From positions 1-64,000 of the IMG/VR virus record IMGVR_UViG_3300010403_000705: a DNA stretch of 64,000 nucleotides; one strand, written 5' to 3'. Both the position numbers and the translations under genes were made by a program. This document shows, in pieces, positions 30,053-40,344 of this stretch; within the stretch, counting starts at the first letter, position 1, and the number at the start of each line of letters is the position of its first letter. The notes under the pieces are model-generated. The model saw nothing but the letters and a program-made list of their open reading frames with translations. It did not search any database and was not told the origin of the DNA.

Positions 30053-30913
30053 ATGTTAAAGAAAGTAAATTGGTTAATTACAGATTATAATATTACAGTT
30101 AATTACGAAGGACAGACACATATAGTTAATAGGCAAGATACACTGGCAGATCGTTTAATAGATGCTATTAAAAATGGAAAATTTGATGATATTCCATACT
30201 TAGTGTCAACGTCTAAAAGAATAAAAGATTTTTCATGTGGTAAATTTCAGGTTCTGGATGGTGAGATTTTTATAGAAGATTTTCGTGCCCCATCAGCATT
30301 GGGTCATAAAATATTACAGTTTGCTAATGAAGGACTTCCTTATGAACCTTTAATTAAATTTACAAAAAATTTACAGAATAATCCTTCGTTTAGAGCTGTT
30401 AATGAATTATATCAATTTTTGGAAAAAAATGATCATCCTATTACAGAAAATGGATGTTTCATTGCTTATAAAAGAGTGAACAAAAATTTTAAAGATATTT
30501 ATACAAGAACATTTGATAATTCAATTGGTAAAACTGTCAGTATGCCAAGAAATCAGGTGAACGAAGATCCAAATGTAACTTGCAGCTATGGCTTACATGT
30601 AGCAAATTGGGATTATGCGCACAATAGATATAGTCACGCTTCAGATGATATCATGTTAGAAGTAGAAGTTAACCCAGCCAATGTAGTGGCTGTACCTACA
30701 GATTATAATCAATCTAAAATAAGAGTTTCTGAATATAAAGTATTGGCTGTAGTTGATCAAGAGCATTCTTCAAATGTAGTTTTACGAATGGTCAATCATT
30801 CAAATACAAGTAATTTACCAGGTGATTTGGACACATGTGTTTGGTGTGAAGATGCTGAATGTTTTGGCGAATGCTTATGTGATGAATATCCTTGGGAGGA
30901 TGAGTTAGTATGA
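30053..30913 (+). CDS. rIIB: rIIB-like protein
   Basis: NPSFRAV.ELY.FL, G.FIAYK.V, MPRNQV, CS.GLH, VNPA.VV.VP.DY. Confidence 0.9.
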   Translation: MLKKVNWLITDYNITVNYEGQTHIVNRQDTLADRLIDAIKNGKFDDIPYLVSTSKRIKDFSCGKFQVLDGEIFIEDFRAPSALGHKILQFANEGLPYEPLIKFTKNLQNNPSFRAVNELYQFLEKNDHPITENGCFIAYKRVNKNFKDIYTRTFDNSIGKTVSMPRNQVNEDPNVTCSYGLHVANWDYAHNRYSHASDDIMLEVEVNPANVVAVPTDYNQSKIRVSEYKVLAVVDQEHSSNVVLRMVNHSNTSNLPGDLDTCVWCEDAECFGECLCDEYPWEDELV

Positions 30914-32043
30914 ATATAGCAATTCTGGGTGCGGCATGGGGCGACGAAGGTAAGGGTCATATTACTCATAATTTTTCTAAAAATTATGATTGGGTAGTAC
31001 GATTTAATGGAGGCGCTAATGCTGGTCACACTATTTATCGAGATGATATCAAATATGTGCATAATTTACTACCATCATTTGATTGGCGATATTCACGACC
31101 TAAAGCATATCTGGGAAGTGGAATGGTAATTGATTTACAGCAATTAGTAATAGAAATATCTTTATTGTCTAAGTCCTCATCTCTATTTCCTCAAAGAGTA
31201 TACGTTGATCATGATGCTTTTGTGGTGTTACCTGAATATAAAGAAGAAGACAAATTATCCAATTCTCATATTGGATCAACCAATAAAGGAATTGGTCCAG
31301 CTTATAAATCAAAGATTGGTAGAACTGGTGTAAGAATTATAGATATTATTAATTCAAGTACTTCCAGTAAATATGCTTCTCAATTTAAGGCTCTAAACGA
31401 TCTACGTGATTTTGGTATCAATTTCGTCTCTCTTCTATCCATGAAATCACAATTAATAAATTCAGATATTTTATATGAAGGCGCTCAAGGTGTGATGTTA
31501 GATATTAACCATGGTATTTATCCTTATGTTAGCTGTAGTGAATCTACTGTGGCTGGAATTTATTCGGCTGGTTTTTATTTCGCCCCACCAAAAAAAGTAT
31601 ATGGTGTTGCTAAAACATACACTACTAAAGTAGGCGAAGGTCCATTTCCTACTGAAATATTTGGTGATGCTGCCGAAGACTTACGTAAGAGAGGTAATGA
31701 GTATGGTGCGGTAACTGGTAGACCAAGAAAAGTTGGTTGGATTGATTTGCCTGCTTTAAATTACGCATGCCAAAAAGGTGGTATCGATAGCTTAATATTA
31801 ACTAAATTTGATATTTTAGATGGTATGGATCGAATTAATATGTGTATAGCCTACGACAAACCTCCCATGTCTCCTATTGATTTTTTTGGTACAAAACCAC
31901 AATATATTTCAGTACCAGGATGGAAAAATACCAAGGACAAAAGTTATTTAGCTGAATTTATTAATATAGTTAAAAAATCTACAAATTGTCCGGTAGAATT
32001 TATTTCTTGTGGGACAAAGGAATCAGATATAATTAGATACTAA
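30910..32043 (+). CDS. purA: adenylosuccinate synthetase
   Basis: WGDEGKG, GGANAGHT, EGAQG, YTTKVGEGPFPTE, EYGAVTGRPR. Confidence 0.93.
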   Translation: MNIAILGAAWGDEGKGHITHNFSKNYDWVVRFNGGANAGHTIYRDDIKYVHNLLPSFDWRYSRPKAYLGSGMVIDLQQLVIEISLLSKSSSLFPQRVYVDHDAFVVLPEYKEEDKLSNSHIGSTNKGIGPAYKSKIGRTGVRIIDIINSSTSSKYASQFKALNDLRDFGINFVSLLSMKSQLINSDILYEGAQGVMLDINHGIYPYVSCSESTVAGIYSAGFYFAPPKKVYGVAKTYTTKVGEGPFPTEIFGDAAEDLRKRGNEYGAVTGRPRKVGWIDLPALNYACQKGGIDSLILTKFDILDGMDRINMCIAYDKPPMSPIDFFGTKPQYISVPGWKNTKDKSYLAEFINIVKKSTNCPVEFISCGTKESDIIRY

Positions 32044-32119
32044 TATGATCACTAATTTTTTCTTTATCATTAGATATGTAAATTTACTTCGCTAAAAATA
32101 TTATAAGAGATTAAAAATT

Positions 32120-33271
32120 ATGAGACACCATGTTCTCGATACTATTGTGAAAAATAGTCCGCATATGAAATGGATTTCAGATCGAACCGTATTATTGGTG
32201 CGTCATGGATCGCATGCATATGGCACTAATACTATTTCTAGCGATGAAGATTTTAAAGGTATCGCCATTCCTACTAAAGAATACTTTTTTGGAACTACAA
32301 AACACTTTGAACAAGCAGAGCTAAAAGCTCCAGACCCAGATGCTGTAATCTATGATATAAGAAAATTCTTCTCATTAGCCTCAGAGTGTAATCCAAATAT
32401 CATTGAAGTGCTGCACACAGATGCTAGTGATCATTTTATTGTAGATCCTATAGGACAAGTAATTTTAGAACATAAGAATGATTTTTTGTCTAAAAAAATC
32501 AAATATACATTCTTGGGGTATTCGGTTGCTCAATTAAAAAGAATCAAAACCCATAGGAAATGGATTATATCACCACCAACTGTTATGCCTACTCGTGTTG
32601 CATTAGGATTACCAGAGCAGACTTTGATCCCACAAGATCAATTGATGGCGGCACAAGCCGAAATCCAAAAAGAATTGGACAGGTTTCAGTTTGATTTTTT
32701 GGATGATTTATCAGAATCGTCAAAGATAGAAATTCGTTCTATTATGGCAGAAATGCTGTCAGAATTAAAAATTACCACACAAGACCATTGGATGGCAGCA
32801 GCCAGAAAAATTGGATTGAGTGATAATTTTATACAAATTATGCAGAAAGAACGTGCTTATAGTTCTGCTAAAAAAGAATGGGATCAGTATCAAAATTGGA
32901 AGAAAACTCGCAATCCAGCCAGAGCTATTTTAGAAGAAAAATTCGGATACGATACTAAACATGCTTATCATTTAGTAAGATTAATTCGTATGTGCAGAGA
33001 AATTTTAACCACTGGAAAAGTTATCGTAAAAAGACCAGATTGGGAAGAGTTATTAGAAATACGCAATGGGGCTTGGACTTGTGATCAAGTAATAGAATTT
33101 GCTGAACAAGAAAAAAATTTACTTAATATATTATATATTCAATCTAATATTTTGCCTAAGTCTCCAGATAAAGATAAATTAGATCAATTGTGTATTCAAT
33201 TGGTAGACAAGTCTTTATCAAAATATTCTTGGTATAATGTGAAAAAGTATATTAACCGCTTAAACAGTTAA
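32120..33271 (+). CDS. Pol-beta superfamily nucleotidyltransferase (YcgL/RlaP-like)
   Basis: HGSHAYGT...SDEDFKG, NPNIIE, YDTKHAYHLVRL. Confidence 0.85.
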   Translation: MRHHVLDTIVKNSPHMKWISDRTVLLVRHGSHAYGTNTISSDEDFKGIAIPTKEYFFGTTKHFEQAELKAPDPDAVIYDIRKFFSLASECNPNIIEVLHTDASDHFIVDPIGQVILEHKNDFLSKKIKYTFLGYSVAQLKRIKTHRKWIISPPTVMPTRVALGLPEQTLIPQDQLMAAQAEIQKELDRFQFDFLDDLSESSKIEIRSIMAEMLSELKITTQDHWMAAARKIGLSDNFIQIMQKERAYSSAKKEWDQYQNWKKTRNPARAILEEKFGYDTKHAYHLVRLIRMCREILTTGKVIVKRPDWEELLEIRNGAWTCDQVIEFAEQEKNLLNILYIQSNILPKSPDKDKLDQLCIQLVDKSLSKYSWYNVKKYINRLNS

Positions 33272-33284
33272 GAAAGATAAACAT

Positions 33285-33848
33285 ATGTCAAAACCATTTG
33301 ATTCTAAAGTATTAGTCATTGATGTAGAAAGTACATGCTGGGAACCACCTGAGTATCAACCACGAGATCAAATTTCAGAAATAATTGAAATTGGTATTGC
33401 AGTTGTAGATATTAAAACATTAGAAATATCAGATAATACTTCAATTTTAGTAAGACCTCAAAACTCTAAAATAAGCGACTTTTGTACCAAATTAACAACT
33501 CTTACTCAAGAACAAGTAGATCGGGGCGTTACTTTTCAAGAAGCTTGTTCAATATTAAGAAAAGATTATCATTCCGCTGATAGAACTTTTATTAGTTGGG
33601 GTGATTATGATAGGAAAATGTTTGAGAAGAATTGTAGAGACTACAATATTAAATATTTATTTGGTCCTAGACATCATAATTTAAAAAATGCATTTACTTT
33701 ACTACATGGGCTGGATCGTGAATTAGGTATGGATGTAGCACTTAAATTTTTGAACTTTAAGTTGGAAGGAACACATCATCGAGGTATAGATGATGCTAAA
33801 AATATTGCTGCTATATTTATTAGTACGTTAAAACAATTTAGAAGTTAA
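33285..33848 (+). CDS. DEDDh 3'-5' exonuclease (ERI-1/KapD-like)
   Basis: IDVESTC, EIIEIG, SWGDYD, GTHHRGIDDA. Confidence 0.92.
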   Translation: MSKPFDSKVLVIDVESTCWEPPEYQPRDQISEIIEIGIAVVDIKTLEISDNTSILVRPQNSKISDFCTKLTTLTQEQVDRGVTFQEACSILRKDYHSADRTFISWGDYDRKMFEKNCRDYNIKYLFGPRHHNLKNAFTLLHGLDRELGMDVALKFLNFKLEGTHHRGIDDAKNIAAIFISTLKQFRS

Positions 33849-33918
33849 AACGGTATGTGTTATTACGAAACTTCTAAGTATGGTTGTGAGGCTAGTTTTT
33901 ATTTAAATAAAGGATTAT

Positions 33919-34143
33919 ATGGTTCATGGCGTTTATGTAAAAAGCAGACCTAAAGGTAAGTGGCACTTAGTAATACTTACTATGTCTCCAGAAGTAGCTT
34001 CAACCAATAAGAATGCAATTATGAGTCAGGCTAAGATAGAAGAAAATGATAAAATACAAGCATGTATCCAATCATTCGAGTCTTCTTTTTATATTCCAGA
34101 AGTACTATCTGAAGTAACAGAACAGAAACTAATGTATAATTAA
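33919..34143 (+). CDS. hypothetical protein
   Basis: AAGGA SD, 74 aa. Confidence 0.65.
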   Translation: MVHGVYVKSRPKGKWHLVILTMSPEVASTNKNAIMSQAKIEENDKIQACIQSFESSFYIPEVLSEVTEQKLMYN

Positions 34144-34200
34144 AATTGCTTTTCCTGTAAATTTTATGTTATATAGTTTTATGTATATATTAAGGACCAG

Positions 34201-36357
34201 ATGACAAACTCATTAAATTTACAGGAAATTGATCAAGAACAAGCACTTAATCTAAGCAAGTTTTTTATTAGGTCGCAACAAAACATTTTTCTTTTTGGTC
34301 GACGTGGAGTCGGAAAACAGTTATGTTTAGAAACAGAGATACCAACTCCCACAGGTTTTATTAAATTAAAAGATCTTAAAGAAGGAGATCAATTATTTGA
34401 TGAAAAAGGTAATATATGTAATATAACAAAATTACATCCTATTAATTTATCTCCAGAAAGTTATAGAATAACATTTGATGATGGAACTATAGTGGACGCT
34501 TGTGCCGATCATTTATGGTTAACATGGGATAAGCGAGCCAGAAAAAATAAAAATTCTATACCGTATGTTAGAAGCACTAAAGAGATTCTTAATTCTTTAA
34601 GAATTAATAAAAACAAAAAGGCGAATCATTCCATACCTTGCTGTGAACCAATAAAATATTATTATTCTAGTTTACCAATAAATCCTTATGTGCTAGGGTG
34701 TTGGTTGGGTGATGGACAATCAAATACTGGCTCTATTGAATGTGCTGATTTGCAAATTTTAGAAGAAATTATAAAAGCTGGTTATTCAGTACATAAAACA
34801 AAACACAATCAAAGTAATAAGTCAAAGTCATTTAATTATAGAATAGGCGAGTTAATAAAAACAAAAAATTCAAAAATTGGTTTATTAAAAAAACAATTAC
34901 AAGAATTGCATTTGTTAAAAAATAAACATATACCTGACAAATATATGACCGCCTCATATGAACAAAGATTATCTTTACTTCAAGGATTACTTGACACCAA
35001 GGGTTGTTGTTTAAAAAATGGTCGTATTGAATATTCATCATCTTTACCTAAATTAGCTTATCAAGTTAAAGATTTAATATCTAGTTTAGGTATTAAATGT
35101 TCATTCTATTGCAATGAAAGTTGGTTAAATGGCAAAAAATGCAAAAATAGATATACAATATCTTTTATCACAAAAAAACCAATATTTAAATTACAAAAAA
35201 AACTGATAAATCTCAAGAAAAGTAAATATCAAGATAAAAGAAATACGCATAGATATATCATAAATATTGAAAGTATTAATCCTATCCCTATGAGATGTAT
35301 CACTGTTGATAGCTCATCTCGTTTATTTTTAATAACGAGAAGTTATATACCAACTCATAATACACATATCGCAATACAAGCTGCTCAAGAGTGTAATTAT
35401 AAAGTAAATTATATTAACTTGAGTGTTATTGAAAGACCAGATTTGGCGGGATATCCTGATATTAATTCGCCCGGTGATGTAATAAATTTTAAATCACCTT
35501 TTTTTTTACCACAATTAAATAGTAATTCTGTTTCAGATAGTATCATATTATTTGATGAAGTAGATAAAGCTCCACCAGAAGTAACAGCACCATTGTTAGA
35601 GATTTTACAGTTTAAAAAAATAAATGGGAAATCTATAAATGTAGTTGCATGTATTTTAACTGGTAACCTTGTTAATGAAAAAGCATATTCTAATTCTATA
35701 AATACTGCTCTCTTAGATAGAGGTGCTAAATATATACTATCGTTTAATTTCGAAAAATGGATTGATTGGGCGAAGAACAATAATGTTCATGATTTAATCT
35801 TAGGTTTCTTGAGAAGTAATCCTGAATTTGCTTGTGGAAATATTGAAGATTCTTGCTATGCTTCTCCATCTCCTAGAGGATGGACATTAGCATCGGATGC
35901 TTTGATTAAAGCAAAAGATCTAAAAATTGTCGATATCGATACTGTCACACAAATTATTTCTGGATTTATAGGTAACGAAGGTGGGCTGAGATTTAGAATT
36001 TGGTACGAACATTATCGTAAATTTGAGCCGATAGTACATTCTTTAATAGATTCTGGAACTCTTACTATAGATTTTGCATCCTTATCTCCAACAGAAAAAG
36101 TAGTATTTGTAATTACTGCCTGTTATTATGCAAAACAAAAAATGTTTTTAGAATCAATAAAAGGTAAGAATAAATTTTTACCACTGGAAAACCTTTGTAA
36201 ATTCTTAATTAACAGCAAAGTAGATTATGAAGTTCAGGTAATGGGACTATATAATTCTTTTGATTTTGCTATTATAGCAAAAAATAAATTATATGAGTGT
36301 AAGCAATTTTTTGAATTATTCACTAAAATAAGTGAAAACATTACTATCAAAAAATAA
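34201..36357 (+). CDS. second MoxR-like AAA+ ATPase, interrupted by an intein in Walker A
   Basis: GRRGVGK|intein|THIA; YINLSVIERPDLAGYP, FDEVDKA, PSPRGW align with 24641..25771. Confidence 0.9.
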   Translation: MTNSLNLQEIDQEQALNLSKFFIRSQQNIFLFGRRGVGKQLCLETEIPTPTGFIKLKDLKEGDQLFDEKGNICNITKLHPINLSPESYRITFDDGTIVDACADHLWLTWDKRARKNKNSIPYVRSTKEILNSLRINKNKKANHSIPCCEPIKYYYSSLPINPYVLGCWLGDGQSNTGSIECADLQILEEIIKAGYSVHKTKHNQSNKSKSFNYRIGELIKTKNSKIGLLKKQLQELHLLKNKHIPDKYMTASYEQRLSLLQGLLDTKGCCLKNGRIEYSSSLPKLAYQVKDLISSLGIKCSFYCNESWLNGKKCKNRYTISFITKKPIFKLQKKLINLKKSKYQDKRNTHRYIINIESINPIPMRCITVDSSSRLFLITRSYIPTHNTHIAIQAAQECNYKVNYINLSVIERPDLAGYPDINSPGDVINFKSPFFLPQLNSNSVSDSIILFDEVDKAPPEVTAPLLEILQFKKINGKSINVVACILTGNLVNEKAYSNSINTALLDRGAKYILSFNFEKWIDWAKNNNVHDLILGFLRSNPEFACGNIEDSCYASPSPRGWTLASDALIKAKDLKIVDIDTVTQIISGFIGNEGGLRFRIWYEHYRKFEPIVHSLIDSGTLTIDFASLSPTEKVVFVITACYYAKQKMFLESIKGKNKFLPLENLCKFLINSKVDYEVQVMGLYNSFDFAIIAKNKLYECKQFFELFTKISENITIKK
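34318..35361 (+). mobile_element. class 3 intein (348 aa, Gln1) with LAGLIDADG-type endonuclease domain
   Basis: QLCLETEIPTPTG...ADHLW...MRCITVD...IPTHN/T; LGCWLGDG and LQGLLDTKG. Confidence 0.88.
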
Positions 36358-36368
36358 ATTGAGAATGT

Positions 36369-36761
36369 ATGAAAAAACTAATATTAATAATGATTTCTTT
36401 ATTATCTTATGGTTGTATGAAAAGTGATTGGGATAATGGTACCGATCAAAATGGTTTATGTCAAATACCCAATACATGGCATTATTGTAGTTATACTCTT
36501 ATTTCTAATTGTGGATGTGGTGAGTGGAGAGGTGCTAGTTATTTATGTGCACCAAATGTACAGGCAGCTATAGTTCTGCTTGGAAATGAATCTTCACTAA
36601 TGGGTGAGGGTTTTGGTACTTCGCCATTAAATATAAATTGTACAAATACAGGATATATCGGTCATCAACCTAAATATAAACCTCAAAATGAAGGGGATCA
36701 AAATCCGTACCCTGATCCCTTACCAGATTTTAACCCATCTAACACATGTCAGTGTGAATGA
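36369..36761 (+). CDS. Cys-rich putative lipoprotein
   Basis: MKKLILIMISLLSYG-C lipobox-like signal. Confidence 0.65.
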   Translation: MKKLILIMISLLSYGCMKSDWDNGTDQNGLCQIPNTWHYCSYTLISNCGCGEWRGASYLCAPNVQAAIVLLGNESSLMGEGFGTSPLNINCTNTGYIGHQPKYKPQNEGDQNPYPDPLPDFNPSNTCQCE

Positions 36762-36762
36762 A

Positions 36763-37014
36763 ATGTCTAAAATAAAAGAAATAGAAGAATTTTTAAATAG
36801 AGAAAGTTCTATTTTGGAGCGTGGGAAAAGATATAAAGAAGATGTAGGTATTTTATTAGGCATGATTAATTATTTAAAAGTTCATATCAGTTATATGAAA
36901 CCTATTCCTACTTCCTCAGTTTCTACAGAAATTTCCTTAAAACTACTTCAAGAAATTAGAGCTTTAATTCATGAATATGATAAACTACCAATGGTATGTG
37001 AAAAAGGAAAGTAA
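36763..37014 (+). CDS. hypothetical protein
   Basis: Start moved to ATG 36763. Confidence 0.55.
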   Translation: MSKIKEIEEFLNRESSILERGKRYKEDVGILLGMINYLKVHISYMKPIPTSSVSTEISLKLLQEIRALIHEYDKLPMVCEKGK

Positions 37015-37023
37015 AATTTAAAT

Positions 37024-37956
37024 ATGTCTGTTACAATGGTTTGTGGGTATCCAGCTTCTGGTAAAAGCACGGTAACAAAAAGTTTGGCACATAATGGTGC
37101 CATTGTTCTAAATAGAGATACAGAAGGAGGTACAATTGCTGATTTACTTCCTAAATTAGAAGAGCATCTTAAAAATAAGAAAGATATAGTATTAGATAAT
37201 CTATTCCCAACAATAGAAAAGAGAAAACCTTTTATTGATTTGTGTAAAAAGTATAATACAGGTATTATATGTGAATTTGTAGATACTTCTATTGAAGATG
37301 CTCAATTTAATTTCATTCAAAGAATGATTTCAATTTCTGGAAAATTTCTTTCTCCAGAAGAAATTAAGAAAAGTAAACATCCTAATATTTTTCCGCCAAC
37401 AGTTTTTTTTAAATATAAAAAAGAATTTCAAAAACCTACCCTAGAAGAAGGTTTTGATAAAATTGATATAATAAAATTCACTCGTGTAGATGATACATCT
37501 TTTAATAACAAAGCTCTAATACTTGATTATGATGGTACTCTTCGTGAATGCGTTGGCGGTAATGATAAATTTCCGATTGACGTTTCTCACATTAAAATTA
37601 AAGATAAATGCAAAGATATTTTATTATCTTACAGAGATAATGGATATATTTTACTTGGTGTTAGTAATCAAAGTGGTGTACATAAAGGCGAGCTAACACA
37701 CGATAAATGTATACAATTATTCGACCATACCAATCAACAATTAGGATTAAATATTGAGTATAAATTTTGTCCTCATCAATCTACACCCATTTCTTGCTAT
37801 TGCAGAAAACCTATGATTGGCTTGGGTGTTGAATTTATAGTAAAATATAAATTGGATAGAAAAAAATGTATTATGGTTGGTGATATGACAACTGATGAAA
37901 CATTTGCTACGCGATGTGGATTTCAGTATGTAGATCAAGCTGATTTTTTTAAGTAA
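37024..37956 (+). CDS. P-loop kinase + HAD-IIIA phosphatase (polynucleotide kinase/phosphatase-like)
   Basis: GYPASGKST; DYDGT, SNQSG, C.CRKP..G, MVGD. Confidence 0.85.
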   Translation: MSVTMVCGYPASGKSTVTKSLAHNGAIVLNRDTEGGTIADLLPKLEEHLKNKKDIVLDNLFPTIEKRKPFIDLCKKYNTGIICEFVDTSIEDAQFNFIQRMISISGKFLSPEEIKKSKHPNIFPPTVFFKYKKEFQKPTLEEGFDKIDIIKFTRVDDTSFNNKALILDYDGTLRECVGGNDKFPIDVSHIKIKDKCKDILLSYRDNGYILLGVSNQSGVHKGELTHDKCIQLFDHTNQQLGLNIEYKFCPHQSTPISCYCRKPMIGLGVEFIVKYKLDRKKCIMVGDMTTDETFATRCGFQYVDQADFFK

Positions 37957-37965
37957 GGATAAATT

Positions 37966-38349
37966 ATGGATAATTTTAAGAAATCTTATAGCTATAAAGA
38001 AAGTGATGAGTCGTTGGAGCCTGCTAGATTAGACTTAACAAAAGAATATGGCTTGCTAAGCTATTACGACAATAAATTCTATGGTCACAAAAATGGAGCA
38101 ACCAATATATATTCTTTTATATCTAGTGCTTTAGATAGTGGACAATGGGCGCTTCTTGACTTAGAATATACTCAAAAATTGATTAATGAACATTTTAAAT
38201 ATCTTTTCCTAAAAAAGAGATACTCGGAAGTTTTAATAGAATCTAAAAATGCTCTTCTTTATGATCATGAAGGGTTTTATCTAGGCGAGTTTAAATTCGA
38301 ATCATTAAGTGAAGTGAAAAGAGCTTTAGCAAATAAATCTTTTATTTAA
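37966..38349 (+). CDS. hypothetical protein with C-terminal F-x tail
   Basis: Ends EVKRALANKSFI. Confidence 0.65.
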   Translation: MDNFKKSYSYKESDESLEPARLDLTKEYGLLSYYDNKFYGHKNGATNIYSFISSALDSGQWALLDLEYTQKLINEHFKYLFLKKRYSEVLIESKNALLYDHEGFYLGEFKFESLSEVKRALANKSFI

Positions 38350-38425
38350 TCAGTGTTTAGATATCTAGAATAGATTTGTTAAATTACATTTATTAGAAGA
38401 AATAATACTGTAAATAGGTTATGTG

Positions 38426-39385
38426 ATGTTAAAAGTTATTCTAACAGTTGGAATTCCTGGTTCTGGTAAATCAACATGGGCTAAATCTGAAATAGCAAAA
38501 GATCCTGCTAATTGGGTTAGGATTAATAATGATGATTTACGAGCTATGATGAATGGTTCTGTCTGGTCTTCTGATTATGAAAAAATAATTACTGATGTAC
38601 GCACTTATTTAATTCGTGATGCCTTGAAAAGAAATAAGAATGTTATTATTGATAATCTTAATCTCAATAAGCGACATTTTAATGACGTTTGTAACATTGC
38701 TAAATCTCTTAACAAGAATATTCAAATTTTTGAAAAAGAATTTTATATTGAACTTGAAGAAGCAATTACCAGAGACTCTAAAAGACAGGATAAAGCTTGT
38801 GTAGGAGCAGATGTCATTAAGAAATGGTGGAAAGATTCAGGCGGAAAGCAATTTAAATTCTTTAAGCCACGCGTACAAATTTTCACACAAGGATCATTAA
38901 CACAATCATTACATATTACTAGTCCAGTCTTTGACTCAAAGCTGCCAACAGCCATATTATGTGATTTGGATGGCACTTTAGCTCTTCTTAATGGTAGAAA
39001 TCCTTATGATGCTTCTGATTGTGATCTGAAGGATTTACCTAATATACCAGTTATAGAAACAGTATTAGCTCATTATAAAGCTGGCAAAAAAATAATTTTT
39101 TGTTCTGGTCGTGAAGATAAATATAGTGAAGAAACTATTAGATTTATCGAAAAATACTTACAAGATATAGATATAGATGGTAAAATTTGCAAACCAGAAT
39201 ACCAACTTTTTATGCGAAAAACTGGCGATTTCAGAAAAGATGCTCTTATTAAAGAAGAGATTTATGAATCTGAAATTAAGAATAAATACAATGTATTGTT
39301 GGTTTTGGATGATCGTACAAGTGTTGTAAATCTGTGGCGCAACCTAGGATTAGTTTGTTTTCAAGTAGCACCAGGTGATTTTTAA
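38426..39385 (+). CDS. pseT: T4 PseT-like polynucleotide 5'-kinase/3'-phosphatase
   Basis: GIPGSGKSTW, NNDDLR; DLDGTL, SGR, R.D...K, DDR..VV.LWR.LG...FQV. Confidence 0.92.
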   Translation: MLKVILTVGIPGSGKSTWAKSEIAKDPANWVRINNDDLRAMMNGSVWSSDYEKIITDVRTYLIRDALKRNKNVIIDNLNLNKRHFNDVCNIAKSLNKNIQIFEKEFYIELEEAITRDSKRQDKACVGADVIKKWWKDSGGKQFKFFKPRVQIFTQGSLTQSLHITSPVFDSKLPTAILCDLDGTLALLNGRNPYDASDCDLKDLPNIPVIETVLAHYKAGKKIIFCSGREDKYSEETIRFIEKYLQDIDIDGKICKPEYQLFMRKTGDFRKDALIKEEIYESEIKNKYNVLLVLDDRTSVVNLWRNLGLVCFQVAPGDF

Positions 39386-39398
39386 AATCCTATCAATA

Positions 39399-39444
39399 AT
39401 TTGTCATGGATGACATAATAAGAAGGTTATCATCCATGACAAAT
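39399..39444 (+). promoter_or_regulatory. 15-bp perfect hairpin sequestering the ATG of the HNH gene
   Basis: ATTTGTCATGGATGA (39399-413) / TCATCCATGACAAAT (39430-444); ATG at 39436; AGAAGG in the loop. Confidence 0.75.
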
Positions 39445-40106
39445 GAACTAGAAAAAACATTTTGCTGTTACATGCTACAGGAATAAAAAATAGAGAAATT
39501 GCACGTCAACTTAATGTTCATCATAATACCGTATCTTATTGGTTAAACAAGAATAGTCTACGAGCAAATTATTTTGGTCAATCAATTGATATTATTGATG
39601 ATGAATTTGCTCGTTGCAGAAAATGTTTTTTAATAAAATCATTAAAAGAATTTCAATTTGGGCGCAAAGGAAAAAAATACGAATATAGATTTTCATATTG
39701 TAATGAATGTCGCAAAAAACAGGTGTATTTAAATCTTAATGGAAATATAGAAAAATTTCTTATTGATCGATTTAATAGACTTAAACAAAGGGCAAAAAAA
39801 TTAAATATTCAGTGTGCTATTTCACAAAATGAGTTTGTTAAGCAGTACCATAATCAAAACGATCTATGTTTTTTTACTAATATTAAACTTATTTGTGAAG
39901 TAGGATCTAGATTACATCGTGATTCTTTATCAATTGATAAATTAATTCCAGAAAATGGATATTGTACTGGTAATGTAGTGTTTACGACCCATAGAATAAA
40001 TACATGCAAATGTGATCTCTCGTTAGAAGAAATCAAGCAATGGATGCCTACATGGTATAAAAAGATTTTTTCCTTTTTAGAAAAGAATAAAATGGATAAA
40101 TTATAA
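39436..40106 (+). mobile_element. free-standing HNH-like (His-Me finger) homing endonuclease with N-terminal HTH; main ORF 39462..40106
   Basis: REIARQLNVHHNTVSYWL, CxxC..CxxC, SIDKLIPENGY..GNVV.....N..K; sits between pseT and the RNA ligase. Confidence 0.7.
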
Positions 40107-40344
40107 ATAATTGAAGTAAATGAATCTGCGGCAACTATAATTTTTATCCTTGCATTTATTGATATTATTTCTACTATAAAATGGTTATGTAAAAATAAAC
40201 CACCCGATATTTAAACTGAGGAAAAATAAATAAGAAATTGCATGTATGTATTTGTAAAGGTAGAACCTAAGACACGTAATCATCATCTTTTAATTTGCCC
40301 ATTAAGTCCGTGGTCAGTGCGTAGAAGATATAGAAAGAGTAAAA

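Noticed and set aside
30910-32043. PurZ (Z-genome) instead of PurA
   Set aside because: The motif is GDEGKG with the catalytic Asp of PurA, not the GSTGKG type of PurZ.
4746-37956. RlmN-like (..CGMFV) and kinase/HAD (..ADFFK) ends as members of the F-x tail set
   Set aside because: Penultimate Phe only; these ends are family-specific and lack the basic amphipathic helix. They show that a background rate exists.
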